Made by a program: the position numbers and the translations under genes. Source: a bacterium (lineage in GTDB: Bacteria > Patescibacteriota > Patescibacteriia > JAZDEU01). From it: DNA of 40,012 bases. Location: NCBI GenBank assembly GCA_043800435.1, contig JAZDMY010000043.1:1-40012 (forward strand). Reading direction: 5' to 3'. This document shows, one piece after another, positions 27,614 through 35,470 of the stretch; positions within the stretch are counted from its first letter, which is position 1; every line of letters starts with the position of its first letter. The notes under the pieces were generated by a model, which was given only the letters and a program-made list of their open reading frames with translations, was not told the origin of the DNA and ran no database searches.

Positions 27614-27639
27614 TTAAAGTCATAGCATTAAATTAATCC

Positions 27640-27940
27640 TTCGGCACATAGCGCAACGTGCTATGGCAGCAAGGTGTCATCCCGCAATCCCGAAGGGATA
27701 TGCGGGATCCAGGATTAACCAATCAGAATAAGCACAAGTCGTAAAATTAAACTTTAAAATTTCTATTTTAAAATTATCGAAATTTCACATTTCTGCCTCT
27801 CACTCATGGATTCCGCATAGCGCTTTGCGCTTGCGGAATGACACAAAATATTGAAATTCCTGTACGTTAAATTAAGTTGCGCACATAGCTCAGCGAGTCG
27901 CCCGAGTTTACCCCCTTTGCAAAAGGGGGAGACGCTCTGT
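27640..27940. repeat. cluster of GC-rich nested-hairpin repeats, modules A ... C-A-B
   Basis: TTAATCCT (27643-27650) is mirrored by AGGATTAA (27711-27718). Nested hairpins: ATCCCGCA...TGCGGGAT and ATTCCGCA-TAGCGCTTTGCGCT-TGCGGAAT. Modules shared with 2979-3110 are listed in that feature. Confidence 0.7.
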
Positions 27941-27980
27941 TTGTCCAAAATATTTAAATTCACTATAAGTAAAATCACTT

Positions 27981-29222
27981 ATGAATCTCAAAGAATCCGC
28001 AAAACTTGCTTTTGATTCTTTACTGGCGAATAAATTTCGCAGTTTTTTGACTATGCTCGGAATTGTTATCGGCGTTGGCTCAATTATAGTTATTATTTCA
28101 GTCGGCGCCGGCGCGCAAAGTTTAATTATAAACCAGATAAAAAGCGTCGGCTCAAATTTGGTGGGTATTTTACCCGGGTCAAGCGAAGAAGAAGGCCCTC
28201 CCGCTTCCGTTATGGGAATCGTCATAACTACTCTTAAATATGAAGACGCAAAGGCGATCTTGAAAAAAAATGATGTGCCGCACGCAGTGGCGGTTGAGGC
28301 AAACGTGCAGGGAATAGGCACGGCAACTTGCGGCAATCAAAGTTTTGATGCCACTTTCATAGGCACTACCGCCGACTATGTAAATGTTGAAGATGCGGAA
28401 ATAGAGCAGGGGAGATTTTTTACCGAACAGGAAGAACACGATTTATCAAGAGTAATAGTTTTGGGAAGCGGCGCAAAAGATGAGCTCTTTGGAAATACTG
28501 ATCCTATAAATGAGAAAGTGAAATTAAAAAAAGAGACATTCCGTGTAATCGGAATGCTCAAGGAAAGAGGATCTGCCGGATTTATCAACCAGGACGATTA
28601 TGTTTTTTTGCCTGTATATACCGCTCAAAAATTATTATTAGGGATTGACCATGTTAGTTTTATTCGCGTTAAGGTTGATGATGCCGAAAATATTGACAGC
28701 ACGAGAGAAGATTTAGAAGTCCTATTGCGCGAAAGGCATAACATTGAAAAAGATGAGCCGGTGGATTTTACCATTAGCAGCCAGGCGCAGGCATTAGAGG
28801 CGCTTACCACTATAACCGACGCCTTAAAATTTTTCCTAGCCGCCATTGCCGCGTTGTCTTTAGTAGTGGGAGGAATAGGCATTATGAATATAATGCTTAT
28901 ATCTGTTAGCGAAAGAACCCGCGAAATCGGACTTAGAAAAGCAATCGGGGCAAAATATAACCATATAATGAAGCAGTTTTTACTTGAGACCGTTATAATT
29001 TCCATACTTTCCGGTCTTATCGGCATTATTATCGGCGCCGTTATTTCCACATTAATTGCCGTTGTAGCGAGATATTTGGACTATGATTGGGATTTAGTTA
29101 TTTCCGTCTTTTCTATTGTTATAGCTGTAGGAGTATCAGGCGCGGTGGGACTCGTTTTCGGTATTTATCCCGCCCGCAAGGCCGCAAAACTTGATCCTAT
29201 TGAGGCGTTGAGATATGAGTAA
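27981..29222 (+). CDS. ABC transporter permease (MacB/FtsX family)
   Basis: N-terminal TM (FRSFLTMLGIVIGVGSIIVIISVG), a large periplasmic domain, and the C-terminal FtsX 3-TM bundle with ERTREIGLRKAIGA and YPARKAAKLDPIEALRYE. Confidence 0.85.
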   Translation: MNLKESAKLAFDSLLANKFRSFLTMLGIVIGVGSIIVIISVGAGAQSLIINQIKSVGSNLVGILPGSSEEEGPPASVMGIVITTLKYEDAKAILKKNDVPHAVAVEANVQGIGTATCGNQSFDATFIGTTADYVNVEDAEIEQGRFFTEQEEHDLSRVIVLGSGAKDELFGNTDPINEKVKLKKETFRVIGMLKERGSAGFINQDDYVFLPVYTAQKLLLGIDHVSFIRVKVDDAENIDSTREDLEVLLRERHNIEKDEPVDFTISSQAQALEALTTITDALKFFLAAIAALSLVVGGIGIMNIMLISVSERTREIGLRKAIGAKYNHIMKQFLLETVIISILSGLIGIIIGAVISTLIAVVARYLDYDWDLVISVFSIVIAVGVSGAVGLVFGIYPARKAAKLDPIEALRYE

Positions 29223-29224
29223 AA

Positions 29225-29704
29225 TTAATAAGATACTTTAAATATTTTATAAAATGGATCAGCAATTATTTCCTTATCTTCAAGTTTAAAATATAACCAT
29301 TGATGAATAAAAAAAGACATAAATAATCTTTTTTTTATAATAATTTCTTCTTCTTTAAATAATCCGGTATTAATTAAAATTGATTTAAATAATCTATTTT
29401 GATTATGACACCATAAAAATTGTTTTTTATCTAAAATATCAGTAGTAGAGAAATCACCAAAAAATAATATTGTCCTAAGATTTTTTATTTTAAATTTCTG
29501 GGTATCTCCTGAATAAGTATTAGTTATGTAATCATAAACATTTTTTATGGTATGAGTTTTATTAGAAGCTTTTAATTTAGCGGATAATTTTTTTAATTTA
29601 TCGTAATTTTCAACTTTGGACTTTTTAAAATAATTCGGGTATAGAAAGTATGGTAAAATTTTGCAGGTTATTAAGTAAAACGCAATTATGTATATAATTT
29701 GCAT
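29225..29704 (-). CDS. small membrane-anchored protein with transglutaminase-like Cys-His-Asp pattern
   Basis: LWCHNQNRLFKSILINTGL...FIHQWLYFKLEDKEIIADP matches the C...H-x-W...D spacing of transglutaminase-like cysteine peptidase cores. N-terminal TM present. Confidence 0.45.
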   Translation of the reverse strand: MQIIYIIAFYLITCKILPYFLYPNYFKKSKVENYDKLKKLSAKLKASNKTHTIKNVYDYITNTYSGDTQKFKIKNLRTILFFGDFSTTDILDKKQFLWCHNQNRLFKSILINTGLFKEEEIIIKKRLFMSFFIHQWLYFKLEDKEIIADPFYKIFKVSY

Positions 29705-29738
29705 AAATAATAGTTATTTTAAATTTTTTGGTATGCAG

Positions 29739-30926
29739 TTATAAATTTTTATATTCCATCGCTTTTTCAATGCCATCCCACCATCCATCAGAATTTGTAT
29801 CTTTATTTTTCGGATCAGTGGGGATGCAATCTGAAGTATAAGCATAAATCCCTTCGCATTTTTCTTCCTCATTGGAAATCCCATCGTGGTCAAGATCGGA
29901 GTCAGAACTAGACGAAGTATAAATTTTTAATAGTTTCCATTGGTCATTATTTTTTACAATATAAATTTTCGTATTTCCGCTTTCCATATTAGAGAATATG
30001 ATGCCTTGATTTTTATCCGCATAAATATCAGAATTATTATTTGTTATTTTATTTAAACTCTCTTTGCCTGAACCCATATTAAATATTTCCTGATTGCATT
30101 CTTCAATGCTTATATTAGGGAAAAGGGAAGCACATTCTTCCGCCGATAGATAAGATATTTCCGAAGAGTTATATACATATTTTTTTAGGTTATCCAAAGT
30201 AGTCCCATTTTTATTAATAATACCTTTATATTCGTCAAGGAATTCCCATATTAGTGTAGAATAATTATTGTTTATATCATATTCATTATGTAAAATTGTC
30301 GTTGAAGCAGGTATCTCTGTAAGATTTTTATTCGTTACGCCTAATCCTAATTTTCGCATCAAATTAAACGCGTCTTCAGGTCTGCCTAAAAAGTATCTTT
30401 TTGTGTCATCTGGGTTAATATACCATGCTTCCCCGTGGTTTTCTACTTGTAGTAATATTTTTCCAGCTTGAGTTTTTGCAAAATTTTTATCTATTTTAAT
30501 TGCGCCATTTCCATTCGGATTATAACTGTTTAATACTTCGGTTTTATCATCATATCCGTCATTATCTGTATCAGGATTATTTTTATCAGTACCTAAAGAA
30601 TCTTCAACCATATTAGAAAGCCCATCCTTATCAGAATCATTACCGCTCAAATTTTCAGAAGCTATTTGAATTTTATTAAGATCTGAATTACAAACTCCCG
30701 TGCTCAACTTTATCATTAGATTAAATGCGTCAGTCGGACTTCCTAAATAATAACGTTTATTATCTTTTGGGTTCACATACCAAGCTTCGCCATGACTTTC
30801 AACTTGCAGAATAATTTTGCCTTTTAATGCATTATCTATAGCGGCAAAAGACGTTCCTATTTTTATAAAACCGAATGTAATTAAAACTAAACATATGAAA
30901 CTAAGAAAAAGAATTTTTTTTTTCAT
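29739..30926 (-). CDS. secreted protein with an internally duplicated ~55-aa domain and Asp-rich Ca-binding-type repeats
   Basis: Signal peptide MKKKILFLSFICLVLITFGF. Duplicated domain: GKIILQVESHGEAWYVNPKDNKRYYLGSPTDAFNLMIKL and GKILLQVENHGEAWYINPDDTKRYFLGRPEDAFNLMRKL. Asp-rich repeats: DSDKDGLSN...DTDNDGYDD and DSDLDHDGISN...DTNSDGWWD. Confidence 0.65.
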   Translation of the reverse strand: MKKKILFLSFICLVLITFGFIKIGTSFAAIDNALKGKIILQVESHGEAWYVNPKDNKRYYLGSPTDAFNLMIKLSTGVCNSDLNKIQIASENLSGNDSDKDGLSNMVEDSLGTDKNNPDTDNDGYDDKTEVLNSYNPNGNGAIKIDKNFAKTQAGKILLQVENHGEAWYINPDDTKRYFLGRPEDAFNLMRKLGLGVTNKNLTEIPASTTILHNEYDINNNYSTLIWEFLDEYKGIINKNGTTLDNLKKYVYNSSEISYLSAEECASLFPNISIEECNQEIFNMGSGKESLNKITNNNSDIYADKNQGIIFSNMESGNTKIYIVKNNDQWKLLKIYTSSSSDSDLDHDGISNEEEKCEGIYAYTSDCIPTDPKNKDTNSDGWWDGIEKAMEYKNL

Positions 30927-30977
30927 ATAAATTTTTTAAGTTAGGAATAAAAGATTATAATATTGATTATAATATTG

Positions 30978-32427
30978 AGTATTCTCTAATCATAAGATGA
31001 TACCATAGTGGTAAGTGCTATTTTTTATAGATTTATGGTGTTTATATTCTCTCGGAATAGAAATTTTTTAAAATTAATTATTTTTGAGAAAATTTTTTAA
31101 ATAATATTGATTTTGCTTTTTGCATTTCCTTTGCAAATTCATTATCACTTTTTTCATTTGCTATCTCATCCATTTTTTCAAAACTAAAATTTTCTTTTAT
31201 ATATTTCTTTGCATCCGGTAATGATTTTAATTTCTCATAAGGCGTAACCCATTGATCATATTTTTTTCTAATTTTTCCTTTAGCGTCAATTTTATTGTCT
31301 GCATACCCGCAGGGTGATATACTAAATAAATATTTAAATACTCCTTATTGAATTTATTTATCTCTTTTGCAAACCTCCCATCGATATAATTCCTGCCGAA
31401 AATTTTTCTTATGATGCTTCCGTTTTTAGACTCCACTAATGCATTGTCATTTGAATGTCTTGATCGCGATTTTGTTAATTCAATATGAATTTTATTTAGC
31501 AACTGGGCGACCACCCTGTTGATGAACTCGCTCCCATTATCTGCATGAAATTCATAAATTGTAAAGGGAAATAATTCTAAGAGTTCTTCTATGACAGGTT
31601 TTAAAAATTGTTCCGTTATTTTTTCTACCGTGCCTATCATTTCATATTGCGTTATCTCATCCACTATATTTATGTGATAAACGCCCTTTTTGCCGTTAAA
31701 ATCGCCCTGATGGACGGTATCAACCCGCAAATACCCTGGCTTGCCATTCGGCTCAGGTTTTCTTCTTATACCGATATTTACCGGCGTGGCTTTTGTCCTT
31801 TTAAAAAATTTTGCTTCGCTGGTATTATATTGATTATTATTATTTCTGATATTGTAAATATGAGCCACTGATATATTTGAAATATTTCCGTAATTGATTT
31901 TTTTATACTTATTGTATTCTCTTTCTAAAATTTGTTTAGTCGCTTCTCCGCTTAAGCAGTCGTGCAGCGTATCCGTTTCAATCAGTAAAGATATGTCCGA
32001 TGGAAAATATTTTTTTGTAAACTTGTTTCTCTTTCTTGTTGGATTGTAAAATAATTTTCCCTTGCGCCATTTCTTGCGGCATCTTTTTAAATGGGATTTA
32101 GAATATCCTGTAAAAAATTTCAAATACATAAGGACAACATGTTTATCAGTTCTATCCAAATGATTATACTTCGTCCAATAAAGAGTGGTTTTGATAAAAT
32201 CATACTTATCCTTAGTAGTTTGTATTTCCAATTTCACACCCTCATCCATCGTGCCCTTTAAAAAATTTTTAATTTGGCTTATACTGCTTAATGGTAAGCG
32301 TTTCATAATGATCCTCATAAATCTATTATGAAAGCAATTACCATTTTTAGCAAGATGGGCCTTTTGGGGCTCATTTTGCGTTAGACTCAATATATCCTCA
32401 TGGTATCATCTTGCATTAGAGAAGACT
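30978..32427 (-). mobile_element. insertion sequence (1450 bp) with imperfect ~30-bp terminal inverted repeats and a 5-bp target-site duplication
   Basis: The left end is AGTATTCTCTAATCATAAGATGATACCAT (30978-31006). The reverse complement of the right end (32427 down to 32400) is AGTCTTCTCTAATGCAAGATGATACCAT. The element is flanked by TATTG at 30973-30977 and 32428-32432. Confidence 0.8.
31078..32390 (-). pseudogene. DDE (rve/integrase-core) transposase, frameshifted near the C-terminus
   Basis: DD(35)E triad: VDTVHQGD, FHADNGSEF and LVESKNG. The main frame ends at 31227. The conserved tail PCGYADNKIDAKGKIRKKYDQWVTPYEKLKSLP...LFKKFSQK is in the -1 frame (31313 down to 31078). The switch is at CACCCTGCGGG (about 31306-31316). 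The IS family is not assigned. Confidence 0.8.
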
Positions 32428-32563
32428 TATTGTTGCTTTTCTATTTAAAATAAGTTAAACTTAAAAGAAGTTCTTTTTTAGTATACTATAAAAAAGTAAC
32501 CTTGACAATAATCTGCACTGAAATGCCATTGCAATATAATGCTTACAATATTGAGTAGTTCTT

Positions 32564-32920
32564 ATGACCATAAGGCAAACAATAACAACCGCCTATAATT
32601 CACTGACAAAGCAAAAAATGCGAAGTTTTTTGACTATTTTAGCTGTGGCTGTCGGAATTGGCATAGTCATTATCGTTTTGTCCTCAGGCGCGGGAATGAA
32701 AGCATTTGTGACAAACCAATTGGACTCATTCGGCTCGGATTTAATGGAAATAGAAGTAAAAGTTCCGAGCACGAAACAGGCATCTGTCTCAAACGCCGCG
32801 GGGCAGGCGATGGGTATAACTATTACGACTTTAAAAGTTGATGATATGGATGCAATACTGAAATTACCAAATATCAAAAATGGTTATTCAATGTTAATGG
32901 GACAGGATTTGGCAAGTTAG
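32564..32920 (+). pseudogene. 5' fragment (117 codons) of a MacB/FtsX-type permease gene, paralogous to 38020-39267
   Basis: By my hand alignment, 100 of 117 residues are identical to the N-terminus of the 38020-39267 product. Nucleotide similarity fades near 32930. The fragment lacks the rest of the periplasmic domain and all FtsX TM helices. Confidence 0.8.
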
Positions 32921-32934
32921 TCTAAAATGAATAT

Positions 32935-33378
32935 ATGGAAAAAGACGCAAAAAAACTCGAAGCCGTATCAGCAGGCGGCATAATTATTCGCCATGCTGAT
33001 TCAGATATAGAACTGCTGCTTATCAGGGATAAACGATACACGGCATGGGTTGTCCCGAAAGGACATGTAGAATACGGCGAGACTCTTGAACAAGCGGCGC
33101 TTAGGGAAATCAAAGAAGAGGCCGGTGTTACGAAGGCTAAAATAATTAAAAAACTTGGACAGTTTCGCCGCTACGTTACATGCGCATCTGAGTGGAAAAC
33201 CATACACTACTTTCTTATGTACGCCGCTAAAGAGCAACCATTGGGACAGCCAGAAGACAACAAGATGGAAACAAAATGGTTCTCAGTCGTAAAATTGCCA
33301 GAGATGTATCTTCCTGAGCAAGAAAAGGTTATTAAAGAAAATCTGGAATCCATTCTTCAGATGAAAAAGATTTCGTAA
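32935..33378 (+). CDS. NUDIX hydrolase, NUDT2/Ap4A-hydrolase-like
   Basis: Contains AGGIIIR...ELLLI...WVVPKGHVEYGETLEQAALREIKEEAGV (Nudix box G-x5-E-x7-REIKEEAG). The PKGH(V)E context is what I recall for bis(5'-nucleosyl)-tetraphosphatase-type Nudix enzymes. Confidence 0.75.
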   Translation: MEKDAKKLEAVSAGGIIIRHADSDIELLLIRDKRYTAWVVPKGHVEYGETLEQAALREIKEEAGVTKAKIIKKLGQFRRYVTCASEWKTIHYFLMYAAKEQPLGQPEDNKMETKWFSVVKLPEMYLPEQEKVIKENLESILQMKKIS

Positions 33379-33443
33379 TAGATGAGAAACATCTATCTAA
33401 ATGGGGTAATAAAAATCAATTTAAAAGAGTATTGTATTTCGCT

Positions 33444-33487
33444 ATAAAAAAAGTGGCTATTCGCAGGAAATAATCATATAGCCACTT
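33444..33487 (-). terminator. intrinsic terminator of the minus-strand PRT-kinase-NTase operon
   Basis: AAGTGGCTAT (33451-33460) pairs with ATAGCCACTT (33478-33487). On the minus-strand transcript the hairpin is followed by a U-run (plus-strand A7 at 33444-33450). Confidence 0.55.
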
Positions 33488-33564
33488 AAAAAGATTTCAA
33501 AAAATGAACAAAAAGACATCAGGAAGACAGGGTGATATTGGTATAGATATTATCCTTTGTTCGG

Positions 33565-34485
33565 CTATTCCATGATGTGATGGCGCAGCTTTACGAGGAT
33601 GAGATTTTTTTTGCTAACCTTGTCGGCATTTACCTCTACGATCGTTCCCGCATTAGTCATTGCTTTATGCAGCCAATGATATGACCAGAGATGATACTGG
33701 GTACCATCAACAGCCTCCAAACAATACTTGCGAGGAAAGCTCCATGAAAAGTTACTAGAGATAATCCTTGCGCGTAGCGTTACCTCGCCAATTGCTGGCC
33801 GTTGATAAAGACATTTCGGAATTTGATGTTGCTCGTTCTCGTTATAAGTAAAGATAAACGAGATTTTATATCCTTCTACGTAAAGTTTAGTCAAATCGCG
33901 CGCAAAGAGGGGAAATAAATGATCAAATGGCAAATTGTAGAGTTTGCCATATCTTTGCGCATACCCGCTAGCCAATTCCGATGACATTAGCTGGGCATCG
34001 TCTGACAATAACGCACTCCTGAGTACTCTTAAACACGGCGCTATGTGCCGGACACCATAGATAAGAATGTCCAAATCAGATTCAGTTGTTTGGCACCCCA
34101 GTGAAAATGACCCACCGAGACCAATATGATTAAAAGGAATATGCGCATCGCGGAGTATTTTCAATAGAACACCCTTTCTGGGATCAGACCCTTTGAGCCA
34201 ACTTTTAAAAGCATGCGCCACATCTATCTGCTCTACAATTTCAGATATGGGGACACGAGCCGCCCAAAGATGCAAATGTTTTTCAGGAGGATAAGGCTGA
34301 TTCCACGGATTGGAACCCTGTTTATGGGCTAAGTATTTTTGATAAGGAAGCCCGCGAAATTTCCGATCACCCCCCTCATAAGGGAAGTACATGGGATAAG
34401 CAGTCACTTCGTGGATGGATAGGCTGGGAGCAATAGTTATGTATACCCAACCTGAACGAGTCAATACTGGATTCAATAATCGCAT
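33565..34485 (-). CDS. Pol-beta-superfamily nucleotidyltransferase with unassigned N- and C-terminal (OB-like?) regions
   Basis: GLGGSFSLGCQTTESDLDILIYG fits hG[GS]-x9-13-Dh[DE]h. I place the start at ATG 34485 (MRLLNPVL...), 7 nt after the upstream gene's TGA, with GAGG spanning that stop. The ORF track starts it at 34560. Confidence 0.65.
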   Translation of the reverse strand: MRLLNPVLTRSGWVYITIAPSLSIHEVTAYPMYFPYEGGDRKFRGLPYQKYLAHKQGSNPWNQPYPPEKHLHLWAARVPISEIVEQIDVAHAFKSWLKGSDPRKGVLLKILRDAHIPFNHIGLGGSFSLGCQTTESDLDILIYGVRHIAPCLRVLRSALLSDDAQLMSSELASGYAQRYGKLYNLPFDHLFPLFARDLTKLYVEGYKISFIFTYNENEQHQIPKCLYQRPAIGEVTLRARIISSNFSWSFPRKYCLEAVDGTQYHLWSYHWLHKAMTNAGTIVEVNADKVSKKNLILVKLRHHIME

Positions 34486-34492
34486 GTTAGCC

Positions 34493-35470
34493 TCAAGCTT
34501 CATGTTTAGAAACTTCATCAAGTATAAAATCCACCATGGATTCAACTGAGGATGTTCCATCGTTAATAACTATAACATGTGCTAATAGCACCAATGACCC
34601 GATGTTATTAGCCTCGTAGCCTGTCCATTCGCCTCCGCGATGAGCATCAAGTTCAATCAGTCGGTTTTCTGACGCTTGCGCCTCTATTAGCCTACCTCTC
34701 CATCGCGCACGCTCATGACGTAAACGATTAGGGACTGAGATGTACACAAGTAATGGATTACCGATCCGATAAAGCTCGGCTATTTCAGATAAACGAAGTA
34801 AATTTCCAACAAAGAATCGTTGGGGTATATTTACATCCCATCCACGGAATTGAAAACCCAAACGTAAGGGTTCGGTTTCCCATTTAGACGGGTGTGGGAG
34901 AGCAGACAGAAGAGGGGAATTGGTTGAACGCATTTCGTCAAGACATGTATAAACTTCGTGCACATGTTCGCCACGACGAAGTAACTCCTGAATCAGATAG
35001 GATTTCCCGGATCCTTTAAGTCCAATTATTCCTACCGGTGTAAAACCGTTTTTGATTATTGTAAATTGTGGTAAATGTCCGTAAAACACCCGTCGCATCC
35101 GTCCGTTAATTGCGACAGATATTCGGTTAGCGTCAGGAATCAACTGACTAATGGGTATCCCAAGCAGTCCGGACAGGTACGCCATAACCGATGATGAATA
35201 AATGATCGTTTGATCCTGTAAAGCAACTCGAATCGAATCTAAAATAGCAGGACTGGGGACAGGTTCTGTCCATCTTTCCAATCCGTCATCGCCATATATC
35301 GAACGAAGTCGTTCAATAATTCGGGTATAGGTTTCACTATCCCGATACAACTCAGCGTCAGCCAGTAGTAAGCTGATAATTGCCAACTCGTGTTTCTTTT
35401 GGAAAATCCCAAGGTCAGCTCTTTGCAGAATCTTCTCTACGAATCGCCCAAGCGTTGTTTTGGAAAACAT
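34493..35470 (-). CDS. P-loop kinase-like protein (dNMP/dephospho-CoA-kinase-like C-terminal half) with unknown ~145-aa N-terminal domain
   Basis: Walker A IIGLKGSGKSYL. The tail ...LLAHVIVINDGTSSVESMVDFIL resembles small nucleotide kinases. I place the start at ATG 35470 (MFSKTTLGRF...) behind GAGGAG. The ORF track starts it at 35578. Confidence 0.6.
   Translation of the reverse strand: MFSKTTLGRFVEKILQRADLGIFQKKHELAIISLLLADAELYRDSETYTRIIERLRSIYGDDGLERWTEPVPSPAILDSIRVALQDQTIIYSSSVMAYLSGLLGIPISQLIPDANRISVAINGRMRRVFYGHLPQFTIIKNGFTPVGIIGLKGSGKSYLIQELLRRGEHVHEVYTCLDEMRSTNSPLLSALPHPSKWETEPLRLGFQFRGWDVNIPQRFFVGNLLRLSEIAELYRIGNPLLVYISVPNRLRHERARWRGRLIEAQASENRLIELDAHRGGEWTGYEANNIGSLVLLAHVIVINDGTSSVESMVDFILDEVSKHEA

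Noticed and set aside
27763-27978. 71-aa minus-strand ORF across the repeat cluster
   Set aside because: It is the translation of repeat modules shared with 2979-3110, so a coding role is unlikely.
27908-29050. Minus-strand ORFs 27908-28336, 28179-28439, 28376-28588 and 28625-29050 opposite permease 1, and the analogous set 38172-39212 opposite permease 2
   Set aside because: They lie opposite well-supported FtsX/MacB permease genes and have no motifs.
32544-32554. A second AATATTGAGTA match (to 30971-30981) as an alternative outer boundary of the IS
   Set aside because: The inverted repeats end at 32427 with a proper 5-bp TSD. An 11-mer of this A/T-rich composition can recur by chance, or it may reflect target preference.
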